Source: Neodothiora populina (taxonomy: Eukaryota). Taken from it: a stretch of DNA of 64,000 nucleotides. The stretch is from NCBI RefSeq assembly GCF_041146345.1, contig NW_027191411.1, forward strand, positions 62,001 through 126,000, given 5' to 3'. Each line of letters begins with the position of its first letter. Positions within the stretch are counted from its first letter, which is position 1. The notes beneath the pieces are model-generated. The model was not told the DNA's origin. It saw only the letters and a list, made by a program, of their open reading frames with translations, and searched no databases. Below are positions 1 through 12,524 of the stretch, piece by piece. A program made the translations under genes and the position numbers.

Positions 1-290
1 TTCGCGTCATTGCTGATCAGCGTTGAATAATACGATTGCAGCATGTGGTACATATACCGGTAAACCATACAGCGGCGAGATATGCGTAGAAAAGGATTCG
101 TGATTTGGGAATATGATAGGCAAGGCAAAGAGTACATGTAAGATGTCAATAATATCACGCCTTGGTATCTTTAGAGTGTGGTTCGGTAGCACAAGGTCAA
201 GGAATTCGCTCCGATATCCTGACCTGTGACCTGACCTGAAGGCGCGGCCCCCACGGACGCCGCCCCCTTCATTATGCTGCCTTTCTCCTT

Positions 291-1995
291 CTACCTTGTC
301 AACGCTAGTTGCACGGACTCGGCCATGGCCAGCAGCTTTTCTTCCTGCAACCTCCTGCCTACCAATTGCAGACAAATTGGAGCATCGCGATATTTGGCGG
401 GTCCCTCTTTGTAATAATCGCGATACTCCTGGTCCTTTGGACTCATTATTGGCAGAGTAGAGGCTCGTGTGTCTGTCTCTTTGACACATGTGACAGGGAA
501 CACGACGCCAGGGAGATCTAGCACGTTGAAAACGGAAGTATAACCCCAGTATCTACTTTCGCCATGCGCCGATGCTGCGGAGGCGTTGGCAGGACAGAGG
601 ATGGCATCGATTCCCATCGAGCGCCATTGCTCTGCATAACAAGTTCGCAGGTAGTCTCGGTCCCGGTTGCATTGCCATGAGTCTTCTAAGGTGCATCGCT
701 CGCCAGCTTCATCGACAAGCCACTTGATGATGGGTACAGCGGGGTCCGATGGGCCCGTCATATCGCGGTATTCTTGAGCGCCGTCAAGGAAGTATGCCTT
801 TCCAATCCATTCGAGCAAAGGCAGGTGATACTTCGGGTCCCAATCGACGATATCGTGACCGGCAGCACGGAGAGCGTCGATGGTCTCTTCCATTGCTCGT
901 GCGATTGGCGGGTGCGGCGCGACAATGCCGTCATGCCTGATAACTCCGATGGTCAATTTTTTGGGGATATCATTCACGGTCGTTGATCTCCAAGGGATTC
1001 CTATCAGAGAGGGCTCATGATCCCAAGGCTCGTAGTCCAACGCCACCTTGCAGAAGAGACGTAGATCTTCGACACTATTCGCCATGGGTCCAACACATCC
1101 TATGATGTTCTCCATTCCAGCGTGCAGACCAGTGAGTCCACCATGGGGGATGCGAGCGACACTGGGCTTCAAGCCCCAGCCACCGCAGAATGCACTTGGC
1201 GCACGAATTGAACCTCCAATATCGGTACCAATACCAAGAGGACTACCCCGCATGGCAATTATCGCAGACTCACCCCCTGAGCTACCACCGGGAGTCAGAT
1301 TTCTATTAAAAGGATTGACAGTCCTGCCGAAAAGGTTGCTATCGGTCTCGAGCGCCTTGTAAAGTCAGTTAGGCGGTCGCTGGTACGTGCATGGAACTCA
1401 CCATCAATGTCTGAGGGTTCGTGGTCTTGACGTGAAACACCGCGCCTGCTTCTCGAAGAATTTTCACAATCAAAGCATCGTGAGGGCTGATCACATCCTT
1501 CCATGCAATCAATCCAGATGTGGCGGGGGTGCCCTTGAGGAAGATGTGCTCCTTCACAGAGATTGGCAGACCATGCAAGGGTCCGATCGGCTTGCCTTTC
1601 TTCTCCATACACTCGTCAAGAGCTCGGGCCTGCTCTACAGCTTCTTTGAAGAGAACGAGCGCAATACAGTTAGTCTGTGATAGAAAGTCAGAATGTTATC
1701 ATCAACGCATTCGTGGCATACCACGCACAGCCTGTTGAGCTATCGCCGCTCGCTTGCAAAAAGCAACTGTGACTTCTACCGCTGAGTAATCACGACTTCT
1801 CAGCTTTTCAACAAGGTCGACCGCTCGCGATTCCGTGATCTTCAGCTCGCGAGGGGACAGGAGCCCAGAAGCGCTTGGCCAGCTCGTTGTGTTGGTGCCA
1901 TCCAACAATGACTCCTCAATCTTATACTCGGAGATAGCATCTTCCAGCTCATGTCGCTTCGCCGCGGCGATTGATTGCCAGGATAGTTTTGCCAT
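291..1995 (-). CDS. Amidase-signature family enzyme (acetamidase/AmdS-like general amidase), 3 exons
   Basis: Exons 1995-1729, 1674-1402 and 1355-291 join in frame across GT..AG introns. Motifs GPLHGLPISVKE (catalytic Lys), GGSSGGE, GTDIGGSIRAP (Ser-cisSer-Lys triad) and C-terminal P..LQLVGRR.QEE.LL. Confidence 0.92.
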
Positions 1996-2922
1996 TGTGT
2001 AGACTATGGATGGTCAGGGAATGATGTTGTGATGTGAAGCATCATGATGCCTGTAGAGAGGGATGATCTTGCTTTATAGTGAATCATGATCGATGATACG
2101 CGAAGAAACGGTGAGTTTCATGGCGCGAACGTAACATAAGAAACCTCACTTGATCCAGCTGCATTGATTAGTGACAGGTATCATGCTCGCTTCGTAGGAC
2201 CAGACCCTACGACGATTGTGGTCCCTATCGGCGGTACATTGTATCTGTCTAGCCAAGATTGATTAAGGTGTGCGCGTTCCTGCTCTGGTTAGGGGATGAC
2301 CCTGAAGCTCTGCCAAGAGGGGATCTCGAACCGACCTCATGAGTTGTGCCATTCACTCCAGATAAGATAACAGAGCTCTTGACGTGGGGATACAGTGTTG
2401 ACGAAGACGATGCTGACTCGTGTAGCTCACAGACAGGGACGTCTCCACCTTGCTAGAGTTTATTGCCTTATCTGCATCTACCTCAACCGCTTACCTTTGC
2501 TTCCTCTAGTTGCCTTATGTGCTTGCGTATACTTTTGTCAACAATACAAATTGGTCACAATTGCCTCAAAAGATGAGTTGAGTATTGGAGATGCAGGAAC
2601 GTGGCGCTAGTACGATGGGCGAGGCATCAGTGCCCTTGCTCGCGGAAGGTCAGTCCCGGAGCTTCAATACTGCAGTGTCTACAATTTCGTTGTGTGCAAT
2701 TCCAGCCTCTTGTGCTTCAGGTGGGCGTAACAACAATTTATGGTGGCATTTCTCTCTGGACGTTCCATCTGACGTTATATCTGAAAATGACCCTACTGTG
2801 CTGTTGAGATTGCTACAAATGAAAATCAATCATGGCGTGGCTGCCTTACGAGAGAGTCCATGTACAAGCAGTTGCCACTCTCTTGCTAGTCAATAATCTT
2901 CTATTCGCTTCCTCCTATTGAC

Positions 2923-5038
2923 ATGGGTGCCATTGCACGGGCTAAGTCATAGCATCCAAAACAGAAGTTGAAGTGGAGGTGATCGCTCCTCACGATGTCG
3001 ATAACTACGCTCTCGACGACCTGCCTATTCCTGCTCGATTAGAAGGGCCAGCTCAGGTAACGCTAGAAGCACGTGGCGTTACTGAGGCAGAGGGAGCAAA
3101 GGCAGTATTTGGAAAATATGGCAGATACCTTCTCTGGGCGAGGTCAGTATTGCTACTTCGACCAACAATGATACTCGTGCAGATGGTATTCTTACACCTT
3201 GTCCAATAGCCTGTCGTTGGTGATGATCGTCTAGTGAGCTCAGCGCTCGCTATGAAGTCCGTCTATACATACTAATTGCGCTCCAAGCGAATTCGACAAT
3301 AGTACTGTCTACGTTTACCAAAGCTACGCTCCTTCGACGTACGATGCCTTGTCCAACAAGGCAGCGCTCAGCACTGCTGCAATCATTGTGTAAGTCATAT
3401 CGGATTCATGTCTCAGAGTTTGGCTAAACACGTATCGCACAGAGCAGCAGTGACAAAACCACCTATTGCCAAAATCTCCGATGTCATTGGTAGAGCTTCA
3501 ACATACAGCTTTACGATCAGCTGCTATGTCTTATCATACATTCTTTGCAGTGGCAGCAGTAATTTCGCAACATATGCTGTCGGAGTTGTTGTGTATTCCA
3601 TTGGTCAGGCTGGTACAAATATCCTTAACGACCTCATCATTTCGGATAATACCACAGCTCGGTGGCGAACCTTCGGCCTTGCTGTAAGCTTCTCTCCATT
3701 TCTTGTCATGCCTTGGGTTTCAGCCGTGATCTCTGACTCCGTCGTCAACGGGATCGGCTGGCGATGGGGTATTGGCATGCTAGGATTCATTCTGCCTCCA
3801 AGTGCCAGCCTGCTTGTAATTACACTCTGGTACTATCAGCGCAAAGCTAAGCGGCTTGGTATCATAAAAACAAAGAAGATAACCACTTTGGAATTCTTCT
3901 CATCCATCGATGCTGGTGGGTTGTCCATTCTCTGGGTGGGATCGGCAATGTTATTGCTCCCAATTTCACTGGCAGCTACAGCACCAAAAGCCTGGCACAC
4001 TGGCTGGATAATCGCTCTGCTCATCTTGGGACTAGCATTCCTCCTGATATTAGTCCCATACGAAGCCTATGTCTCTAAGCATCCGATGATGCCCCCACGA
4101 TACTTCCGAAATCTAAGCATCGTGCTTGTTATAAAGATTGGATTCTTGGATGAGTTGGCATTCTCCGCATCTCATCAGTATTTGTACAGTTGGGCCGTCG
4201 TGGCTCACAATTACAGCGTCAGAAAAGCCACGTTCTACACATACATCAATGGTGTTGTCCAATGCCTGGTAGCAATGATCGCAGGGCTAATCATCTCGAG
4301 GTCGAGAAGCTACAAGTGGACTGTGGTTGTTGCTTGTCTTGTTCGCACTGTGTGAGCATACAACGGAATGTCTGATCTGAATCCCTACTTGCTAATTCTT
4401 GCATCAGCGGGTTTGGGCTCATGGTACATCTTCGAGGGGCTAACAACAGTGACGCGGAATTGTTCATTGTGCAGGCTATTCAAGGCATTGGGTCTGGAGT
4501 GATCCAGATAGTTTGCCTCACGATCGCGGTACGTCTGTGTGAGCTGGCTAAACCATTGAATATGTTTTTCTGATTACCGATGCAGCAAGTGGTTGTCCCG
4601 CATGCTGAAATGGCTCAAGTTTCTGCTCTAGTCATGCTTGCCATCTGTCTAGGTTCCGGTCTAGGCAGTACTACTGCCGGTGGCATATATACCAACAATT
4701 TCAAGGAAGCGTTGCGAAACCGCATGGGCGATAAAGCATCACCGCAAACCATCGAAGCTATTTACAATTCGATTCTGGCGTCGGATCTACCTGCGTGGGG
4801 CACCGCTGAAAGAACTGCTACGAACTTAGCCGTACGTACATATTCATGAACAAGGTAGTCCGCTTATTACTAATCTGCGTAGTACTCTGATATCATGAGG
4901 TACATCTCCATCACAGCACTTGCTATATCTGCACCCGTCATAGTATTTGCCCTTTTGTTGCCAAATCTACGCTTATCAGACAAGCAAAACATCGTGGAGA
5001 CCAAGCGAAGCGACCCAGATGTGGGTATGGAGAGATGA
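2923..5038 (+). CDS. MFS siderophore-iron transporter (SIT/ARN/MirB-like), multi-exon; 5' end uncertain
   Basis: Spliced product has ARGV..AE, KPPIAKISDVIGR, GIGWRWGIGM, IDAGG and LPAWGTAERTA..LAYSDIMRY, typical of fungal SIT transporters. Includes a 24-nt microexon at 3210-3233; stop TGA 5036-5038. Confidence 0.85.
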
Positions 5039-5248
5039 AGCTCCATATGTGGTCTACTTTTGACGCTGCTGGGGTTCTTCCACTTAGTCCTTCAGCAAGT
5101 GGCACAGTGATATCACGGGGGATGTATCAGGAGCTTTGATGAGAGGCATCCATAATGAATACCAGCTTGTCTGAAACGTCCTCCGTAATAGTCCAATTAT
5201 CAAGGTGATTAGACCTAATGGGTACCTCGAAGGAAAAAGGGTCAATTC

Positions 5249-6249
5249 TCATTTCGATTTTGCTTGCATTGTCTCTCGCTGCTCTGCTATCTTGGTTGCC
5301 TCTTCTGCAAGATTCTGCGCTGCCCCGACAGCGTACTCTTCTTCTGCAGCGTTCCGATGCTTGATCCAGTCACGGAGATGCTGCTGTACCGGCCTTCCGG
5401 GCCAATATCCGCTCTCAATGGGTTCGGCCAAGACCTCGTGCAGGGGAATGACTCCGGAATAGACGTCGTCTCGTTTAGATGCGATTGCAATACTGTCCGC
5501 AAGTCCCATATTCTTGGCTCTGACTTTTGCGGACGCAGCACGAATCTTGACTCGCATTATTTGTACACTCTTCATCGCTGAAGGCGTCACCGGGTTCACG
5601 GATGACCATCTACGAGGGATCATGTGATTTGTTAGGAGATGCATTGCATAGTGCTTCTCCTCTGGTGAGGTCACCATTTCAGCCGTGCCATGGATGACTG
5701 CAGAGCGATAATTCAGGGAATGTCCGTTCGGTGTAAAGTTCAGCACAACTCCATCAACTTCGTGACTTCATCAGCAAATTCTGCATTTTATTCATCGTAG
5801 GACTCTTGTACACACCTCTAGTGGACGTTACGCATACTTTGACTGCACCGTTCTTGAAAACACCCTTCCGGAGCATCATGGCAGTGTTACCATGCAGATA
5901 CAGATCCATCGGCTTGTCGAGGTCTTGCTGCTGACGATAGTATTGGCCGGCGGAGCCATCGTCATCAGGTACAGGATCTTGCGGGTCATAAGCACCAAGT
6001 ACTGCGGTCAAGGGAAGATTGATGGGAGTGGGATCTCCGTCCTCATCAAGGCCTATGAACGAAACATGTGACACCAAAGTGGACGCGAATATTGAATGGA
6101 CTGTCGAATAGTCATAGGCGGCTTCTCCCTTTCAGCTATCTGTATATCGTCACATCTATATCTCGCCTACCTCTGTCTCTGTACACTTTGATGGTGTTCA
6201 GAGGTGTCTGGGCATAACTGCCCTCGGTGGTTGTTCTTTGAGCTGGCAT
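5249..6249 (-). CDS. FMN-binding split-barrel protein (pyridoxamine-5'-phosphate oxidase-like/NimA-like flavin-nucleotide-binding protein), 3 exons
   Basis: MPAQ...TPLNTIKVYRDR/AAYDYSTVHSIF..SHVSF..LYLHG..VCVTSTR/VDGVVL..HSLNYRSAVIHG..ASAKVR. Introns about 6170-6122 and 5815-5758. Confidence 0.85.
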
Positions 6250-7385
6250 GTTCGGGCGTCTATACAACGACCTGACCTTACTACGAGATGCTAAACGTAG
6301 AGAGACGTTGTCCGACAAGACCAAATGCCAAAGTGGACCAGACACAGCAGGTGCTGGAGTAGTTTGGAAGGCTGGACAGTATGTGTAGCAAGAGGCTAAG
6401 GTTGTCAGATCTGACTGAGAGAGACTAGAGTCTCCTTCTATACGCTTGTCTTATCATTCTAGCTCGAGCCGGCGGTCTCGATCGCATTACATATTCGTGC
6501 GCGGGCAATTGAGCTGAGACGTAGTCAGCGACAAGCACCAACCGCACTGTTCGACTCAACCCCGAGCAACTTACTTGAGGGAATGTCGAACCGGGGGGGA
6601 AGTGGAGGCAAAAACGAACGAAACCCTACGGACCAGGTGGATCACCAACGTGCGCTGGTTCCGTGAACTGCCTCCGGAGACTTGGCGTCCCGAACAATCT
6701 TTGCCTCGCATCAATACAGGGTCCTCGTATAACTCCGATTCGCGCTTCCCTGCACATGTACAGACCCTGCGCGCGGGGGGCCACACAGCTGCAGTGCAAC
6801 CCATCGTGTTGAGCGCAGGAAAGGCTGTGATCTAATCGATCTCCGATATCAAACAATAAACCTGCCCCCTCGGATGCGCGCCCGCATCATTTAGCACTAC
6901 GAATGCAGCGTCGACACCTCACGATTGCCTCCCCGAGGACATCTCAGGCATGTATGCCTCCATAAGGCGCCGTCGATCATTGCGTCGCGATCTTCCAAAA
7001 ACAGCTTGGCATAAGGTATGATAAGATACTGTACACGTGCCCGGTATGTCCGCTTCGCAAGTTTCTACTAAAGGCGGGGTGGTGCGGTGTGCTACCATGC
7101 TATTTAGCAAGATACGGTACCCTTGATTGTCTCAACAATCAGATCGTCTGATATTTGTCGACCTTCGACGCTTCATTTAAATCACTTTTTGTGTATCTAG
7201 TGCTGTGTTTCGAGTGCGCAAGGTGCATCGTAGCTGCATGAAACACCATCTCTTCGGCCCCTGTCGCTTCACTGCACCTCTCGAAAGCTTATCTGTCAGG
7301 CGGTGATTCAATCTAAGTGTTATTTCTAGCACTCTTTCCACCAGGTCCGGCTGGACACGCGAGTTGGTCAATTGTGCAATCGAAA

Positions 7386-9830
7386 ATGTCTGGGGAGAAA
7401 TCTGGTCTCTCGCAGGAAGTGACCAACGGCCATACAGACGGACGTAACACTAGGTCATCAGTGTTTTGGCCCCGGAAGTCTATCCTTGTGACAGCAGCTT
7501 GCCTGCTCTCGTTGGCTGCGTTTCGTACACATGATTGGGTTCCTGCATTCAAGGATGCTACAACGGTAGATCAGGGTGTTATGTCACCCTTGGTGATAGA
7601 GAAGGACGGATCAGACTTTTCGTGGCACAGTGTGAGTCGAGGCAATATAGTTTATGCAGGTGACTGCTTTTGACGCAGCGTAGATTGTTCCTTCGTCAGA
7701 ACTCATCTACCACAAATGTTTCGACGACTACGAGTGCGCTCGATTGGATGTGCCAATGGACTGGCTCAGAAAGGACGATGCTGGCAGCAAGGTTGCAGTG
7801 GCGGTCATACGACTCCCTGCCAAAGTGCCCGTGACAGATCCGTGAGTACTCTTTCGTTGATTGGAAAAACCCTCGCGCAACCTCCCTGTTTCTTACAATG
7901 TCAAAAAGGCGGTATGGTGGTGCCATCCTCACCAATCCAGGCGGACCTGGAGGATCTGGAGTGGAACAGGTGAAACGAAACGGCATGGCTACACAAGCCA
8001 TCGTGGACTCCGAGATTGACCCCAACGCGACGAATGCGCAGGCCTCGGCTCTATACCACGACATCATCGGGTTCGATCCTCGAGGTATCGGTCGTACCAC
8101 CCCTGGGATTCAATGCTTTCCGGATTCAATGTCTCGTGAGGCATGGGGCATGCAGAACGAAGCTCTGGGATTGCTGGGCAGTTCCGAAGACTCCTTTTTC
8201 CGCAACTGGCATCGATCCCGGGCTCTTGCTGAAGGATGTTCGCTTCGATCGAAAATCAGTTTCGACGGTCCAGATGCCATTGGCGAGCATGTAAATTCTT
8301 CGCCTGTCGCAAGAGACATGCTCGAAATCGTTGAGCGACATGCACAGTGGGTGGAGAAACAAGGAAGATCTGCGCAAATTGCACATGATTTGACTTCTGG
8401 ACGTGATGTGACGCAGTCTATCGCACGTCGTACACGACGGAACCAGGGAAAAGAGAAGATTAGGTATTGGGGTAACTCGTACGGTACACTGTAAGTTGTT
8501 GTGATGCTTCATTGTCCCTTTCTGGTAGTCTGTGCGACGCATTGGATCGTCTGCTCTCTAGGCGCAGCTTCAACATCTCATACTTGTCCTTGCAAAGATG
8601 ACTATGTGATATCATGTAGGACTTTGTGTACTGGCTGTCGCTGAGTCCTATGCTCGTCCCATCTCCTACTGTCACAATCACAATCACAAAAAGAGTGTTG
8701 GGAAACACAGAACTGTCGGTACAATGTTTACAGAACTAACGTCATGACACAGTCTCGGACAGACATTCGCGGCCATGTTTCCAGACCGAATCGACCGCAT
8801 GGTGCTCGATGGCGTGGTTGACTCTCACGACTACTACTTCGGATCATGGTTATCGAACCTCAAGGACTCGGACAAGATCCTCGACCGATTCTTCCAGTAC
8901 TGTTCCGAGGCCGGACCACAAGACTGTAATTTCTTCTCGGAGGGCGGTCCTGATAAGATCCGCAAGGAGTACGAAGATCTGCTACTAGACATATTCGCAC
9001 ACCCACGCGTCGTCCCCAGCTCCCCAACTCGAGGACCAGATGTCATCACATGGAGCGACGTCAAATCCACAGTCCGGCTGGGCATGTACCAACCACTGAT
9101 CTTCATGCCAATGGTAGCAGACCTATTGACAGACGTGTGGCGCGGCAACGGATCCCTCTTCGCCGACTTCAAGCACGTCGAACACACGCCGTCGTCCTGC
9201 TCCTGTCCAAGCACAGAATGCCAAGCAGCAGGGCCCTTCTCGCAAGAATGCAACACAGCCTACGACAACGGCGCCGACGCCTCCATGGCAATCCTCTGCA
9301 CCGACGCCGAAGGCCTAGGGGACGTCGACGAGCGCGGCTTCCAAGCCTACTGGCACGCGCTGCAGAACCAAAGCTCCGTGCTAGGCGACTGGTGGAGCCA
9401 CACGCGGCTGTCGTGCATCGGGTGGCAGGCGCGAGCGAAATGGCGCTTCACGGGCCCGTTTGGCGCGAACGCGACCTCGCACCCGATCTTGTTCATAGGC
9501 AATACTTTGGATCCCGTGACGCCTCTGGACAACGCGCAGCGCATGGCGGAGAACTACAGGGGCTCGTCGCTTCTGGTGCAGGACTCTGAAGGCCACACTT
9601 CTTGGTCGTCGCCGTCGCTGTGTACTGCCAAGGTCGCTAGGACTTATTTCCAGACTGGGGTTGTGCCGGAGGTCGGCACTGTTTGTGATGTGCTGCGGCG
9701 CCCGTTCCAGGAGGGTGTTGATGTCGCTGCTTATGAAGGTGATGACGACAAGGTGCTGGTTCGGGCACTAGAGGTCATGCAGAAGACTTATATGGAGTTG
9801 AAGTGGGGGTCAAGGTCGATGCTGTCTTGA
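7386..9830 (+). CDS. Alpha/beta hydrolase, peptidase S33/TAP-like family with N-terminal membrane anchor, 4 exons
   Basis: CARLDVPMDW, NPGGPGGSG, DIIGFDPRGIG, nucleophile YWGNSYGT, RMVLDGV, DPVTP (Asp) and EGHTS (His). Introns about 7632-7683, 7842-7909 and 8491-8752. Confidence 0.88.
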
Positions 9831-9840
9831 GAGAGAACAG

Positions 9841-9874
9841 GAAGAAGAAGAAGAAGAAGAAGAAGAAGAAGAAG
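9841..9874 (+). repeat. (GAA)n microsatellite, about 11 units, just downstream of the hydrolase stop
   Basis: Direct reading of gaagaagaag... Confidence 0.95.
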
Positions 9875-10267
9875 ACCGCCGAAGAAAGACGATGTGATGA
9901 CGACTACTAGATTGAAGCATTTCGGTACTGGATAGGGGGTTTGTTTGCTTCAGCACTCTCCCGTATAGATAACCTACTTGGGTACCTCAGATGCGTCTTG
10001 GCTCATCTTTAACCTTGCCTACCTACCAAACCTTAGAAGCCGCATAACTGTCTACAGTTTCGCTCGTGTATACTGCATGAAAGAGTCAAAGCATCAGTGC
10101 ACAAGACTGGAAGCAATGGTGAAAAAACAAGTCTTGACGATTGGTGAGATGTCTAAGAGCAAATCATGCGAAGCGAAGATGGGGTATATAGAGATGGAAA
10201 TCTCGTCCGAGAAAAAGCGTCGTTCATTTGTGATTCTGAATATGGATTTCGACAAGGCAGAAAGGTT

Positions 10268-10855
10268 TCACCGCTCATTCTCGACCTTCTCCCACTCGCT
10301 GTCGGTGCTGGCGTCGCGGCTGGCGTCGCTGTTCGACCTGAAATGAGAGGGAGCATCTGTTCCAGAAAAAGACGGAGCGGCAGCAGCAGCAGGAACTTGC
10401 AGAGCAGAAGTCTGAGCAGTGGAAGCAGAATCTGACTGTGCCGTGGTGGCCTGGCCCTGCTTGCGAATATCGTTGATGATGCGCTCCCTGATGGCCTTGT
10501 CTGCAGGAGTGGGAACAAAATCGACAGACTTGGACACTTGGTCTTCCGTCTCCGTGTCGCCTCCCTCGTCATCAGCGCCGCTCTCTCCGTCTTTTGTTGC
10601 TTCTGTTGTGGTCTGCTTCTCTTGCTCCTCCTTCTCTTGGGCTTGACGCACTTCGTCGGCGAACCAGTTGATGCTCCACCAGAGGCCGCCGCAGAGGAAG
10701 CTCAGGATGACAAAGTGCATACTCCATGTTGCGGCGAGCAGCGCGGCGAGGGTGAGTTGGAGAAAGGCAAAGGTAGCGTTGGTGGCCAGAAGCAGAGTCG
10801 GCGTCGGGCCGGGGGTGAAGACGGATTCCCAGAGGTTCGTGACGAAGTCTGCCAT
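10268..10855 (-). CDS. PKR1: ER V-ATPase assembly factor Pkr1
   Basis: N-terminus LWESVFTPGPTPTLLLATNATFAFLQL..SMHFVILSFLCGGLWWSINWF, followed by an acidic low-complexity tail. Confidence 0.88.
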   Translation of the reverse strand: MADFVTNLWESVFTPGPTPTLLLATNATFAFLQLTLAALLAATWSMHFVILSFLCGGLWWSINWFADEVRQAQEKEEQEKQTTTEATKDGESGADDEGGDTETEDQVSKSVDFVPTPADKAIRERIINDIRKQGQATTAQSDSASTAQTSALQVPAAAAAPSFSGTDAPSHFRSNSDASRDASTDSEWEKVENER

Positions 10856-11784
10856 GTTTTTGTTTCTATCTTCAAGTATGATATTGGGGGCGTTGAAGCG
10901 CGCCGGGCGTTCTCTCCTGCTCTATTTCTTTGATTTATCCGGGCGAGGGGTAAGTCGCAGTAGTGATGCTAATAGACGCAGTAGCGGCGGTGGAAGTCGG
11001 CAGGTGACCACCGGATTTGATAATCTCGAGGCAAGGAATATAATTATAGTTAGAAAGGAAGCCGATCAGCCCTGGGATTTATCTTTTGTGATTCGAGTCG
11101 GTGTGTGTTTTATGAGAAGAAGAAGAGAAGACAGAAACAATATAACACATCTCTGCCTGTTTGTTCCTTCCCGAAACAACAGATCCGTTCTGGAGTTGCG
11201 CCCGCATTTCTTCAAAGGACCCGCTGAAAAGTGGCAGGTGCAGGCGATGAGGTCATCCTCCCCCCTTCCTCTTTTCTTTAATACCTTCAAGGTACCTTAC
11301 CTTACTGTACACTGCTATCTGGCTACCTGGGTACGGTATACAGTACAAATACATATTCTCAAGGCTGCCAGATCTTTCGTTGTATCTTATCATCTGCTGG
11401 GCTGTTTGTTGGCTGATGCGCTCTGCTTGACCTTTATAGGCAGCCTACAAGTATATCTCCGCACACGAAACACACTGTAAGAAAAGCCAGACGTTCTTTT
11501 TGGTATCCCTGTACCGTTCCTGCCTCCAACCATATCTAAGGTACCTTAGAAAAGAAGGTAGCTGCCATTATATCTGAGTGCCGGAGCGGCCTGTTGTCGA
11601 CTGGTGAATGGACTATATTGATCCTCTCATCTGACCACTGAGACCCTCGGTCATCTGCAGCTGCACCAAACGTTTAATCTATGTTTTACTGCTGTCACAA
11701 GTTTCCATCCATGTGCTTGTGAAATCACACGCAGTAGATACAGTGTGTTGCCTTGATCATTTTGATATCAATCGTCTCGACAAG

Positions 11785-12483
11785 ATGCCATCCGGCCATC
11801 AAGTCACGGAAGCTATTGCCGTCTCCCTGGCTCAATCCGGCCTTCCACCAACCAAAGCCTGGCTGGACTCTTTCGCGTCTACAGCACGTTTGACAACTCC
11901 TCTTCCAGCTCTGCAGAAGACTGCTCTCTTCCGACTACTCGCCACAGACATTACTACTTCAGTCCAGCCTTCCACATCAAATACTCTACCCTCGACTGCT
12001 CTGGATCCGCAAGTGGCCGAACAACGATTGCCCGGTCCTGTTGTCTGTCAGATTTTGGACATTGAGGATGTCGGTCGTTCCCGCTGGTCCCAGATCGAGA
12101 ATCTCGAAGCACACGCTCGCGGAGAGACGACCAAGGGCAGAGAAGTCGTGAGGGTTGTTCCCGGCGAGCTTGGCGAGAACGGCGCTGTACCTGATGCCTC
12201 TGCTGCAGACAAAAGCCTCGGTCCTCACAAGCTCCTGCTGCAAGACGCGAGAGGCACCAGGATCTACGCATTCGAGATGACCAGGATCGAAGGCCTTTCA
12301 CTGACCACCCCGATCGGTACGAAGCTCGTCTTGCGTCGAGCCACCATTGCCCGAGGTGTTGTTCTTCTGGATCCCTCCTCGGTCGAGCTTGTTGGTGGCA
12401 AAGTCGATGCCTGGGACAAAGCCTGGAGAACTGGTCGAAAAGACAGTCTCCGTGCCAGAATCGGCGGTGCGGAAGACGACTAA
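11785..12483 (+). CDS. RMI1: RecQ-mediated genome instability protein Rmi1 (N-terminal helical + OB-fold)
   Basis: QILDIEDVGRSRWSQIE, GPHKLLLQDARG..YAFE, TPIGTKLVL..ARGVVLLDP..LVGGKV; first ATG at 11785. Confidence 0.82.
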   Translation: MPSGHQVTEAIAVSLAQSGLPPTKAWLDSFASTARLTTPLPALQKTALFRLLATDITTSVQPSTSNTLPSTALDPQVAEQRLPGPVVCQILDIEDVGRSRWSQIENLEAHARGETTKGREVVRVVPGELGENGAVPDASAADKSLGPHKLLLQDARGTRIYAFEMTRIEGLSLTTPIGTKLVLRRATIARGVVLLDPSSVELVGGKVDAWDKAWRTGRKDSLRARIGGAEDD

Positions 12484-12524
12484 CTGCACACATCATGTCC
12501 AGCAGATGTCTCTAGCAGTGTCTC

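Noticed and set aside
7..489. 160-aa minus-strand ORF overlapping the amidase 3' end
   Set aside because: Alternative frame of the amidase plus 3' UTR; no recognisable motif.
6560..6860. GC-rich intergenic stretch with several short ORFs; considered as a structured ncRNA (SRP, RNase P/MRP, telomerase RNA)
   Set aside because: No conserved signature or telomeric template recognised by eye; an Rfam/Infernal scan would be needed.
10668..11480. 270-aa plus-strand ORF
   Set aside because: Starts at a non-ATG codon antisense to PKR1 and runs through promoter DNA; no domain features.
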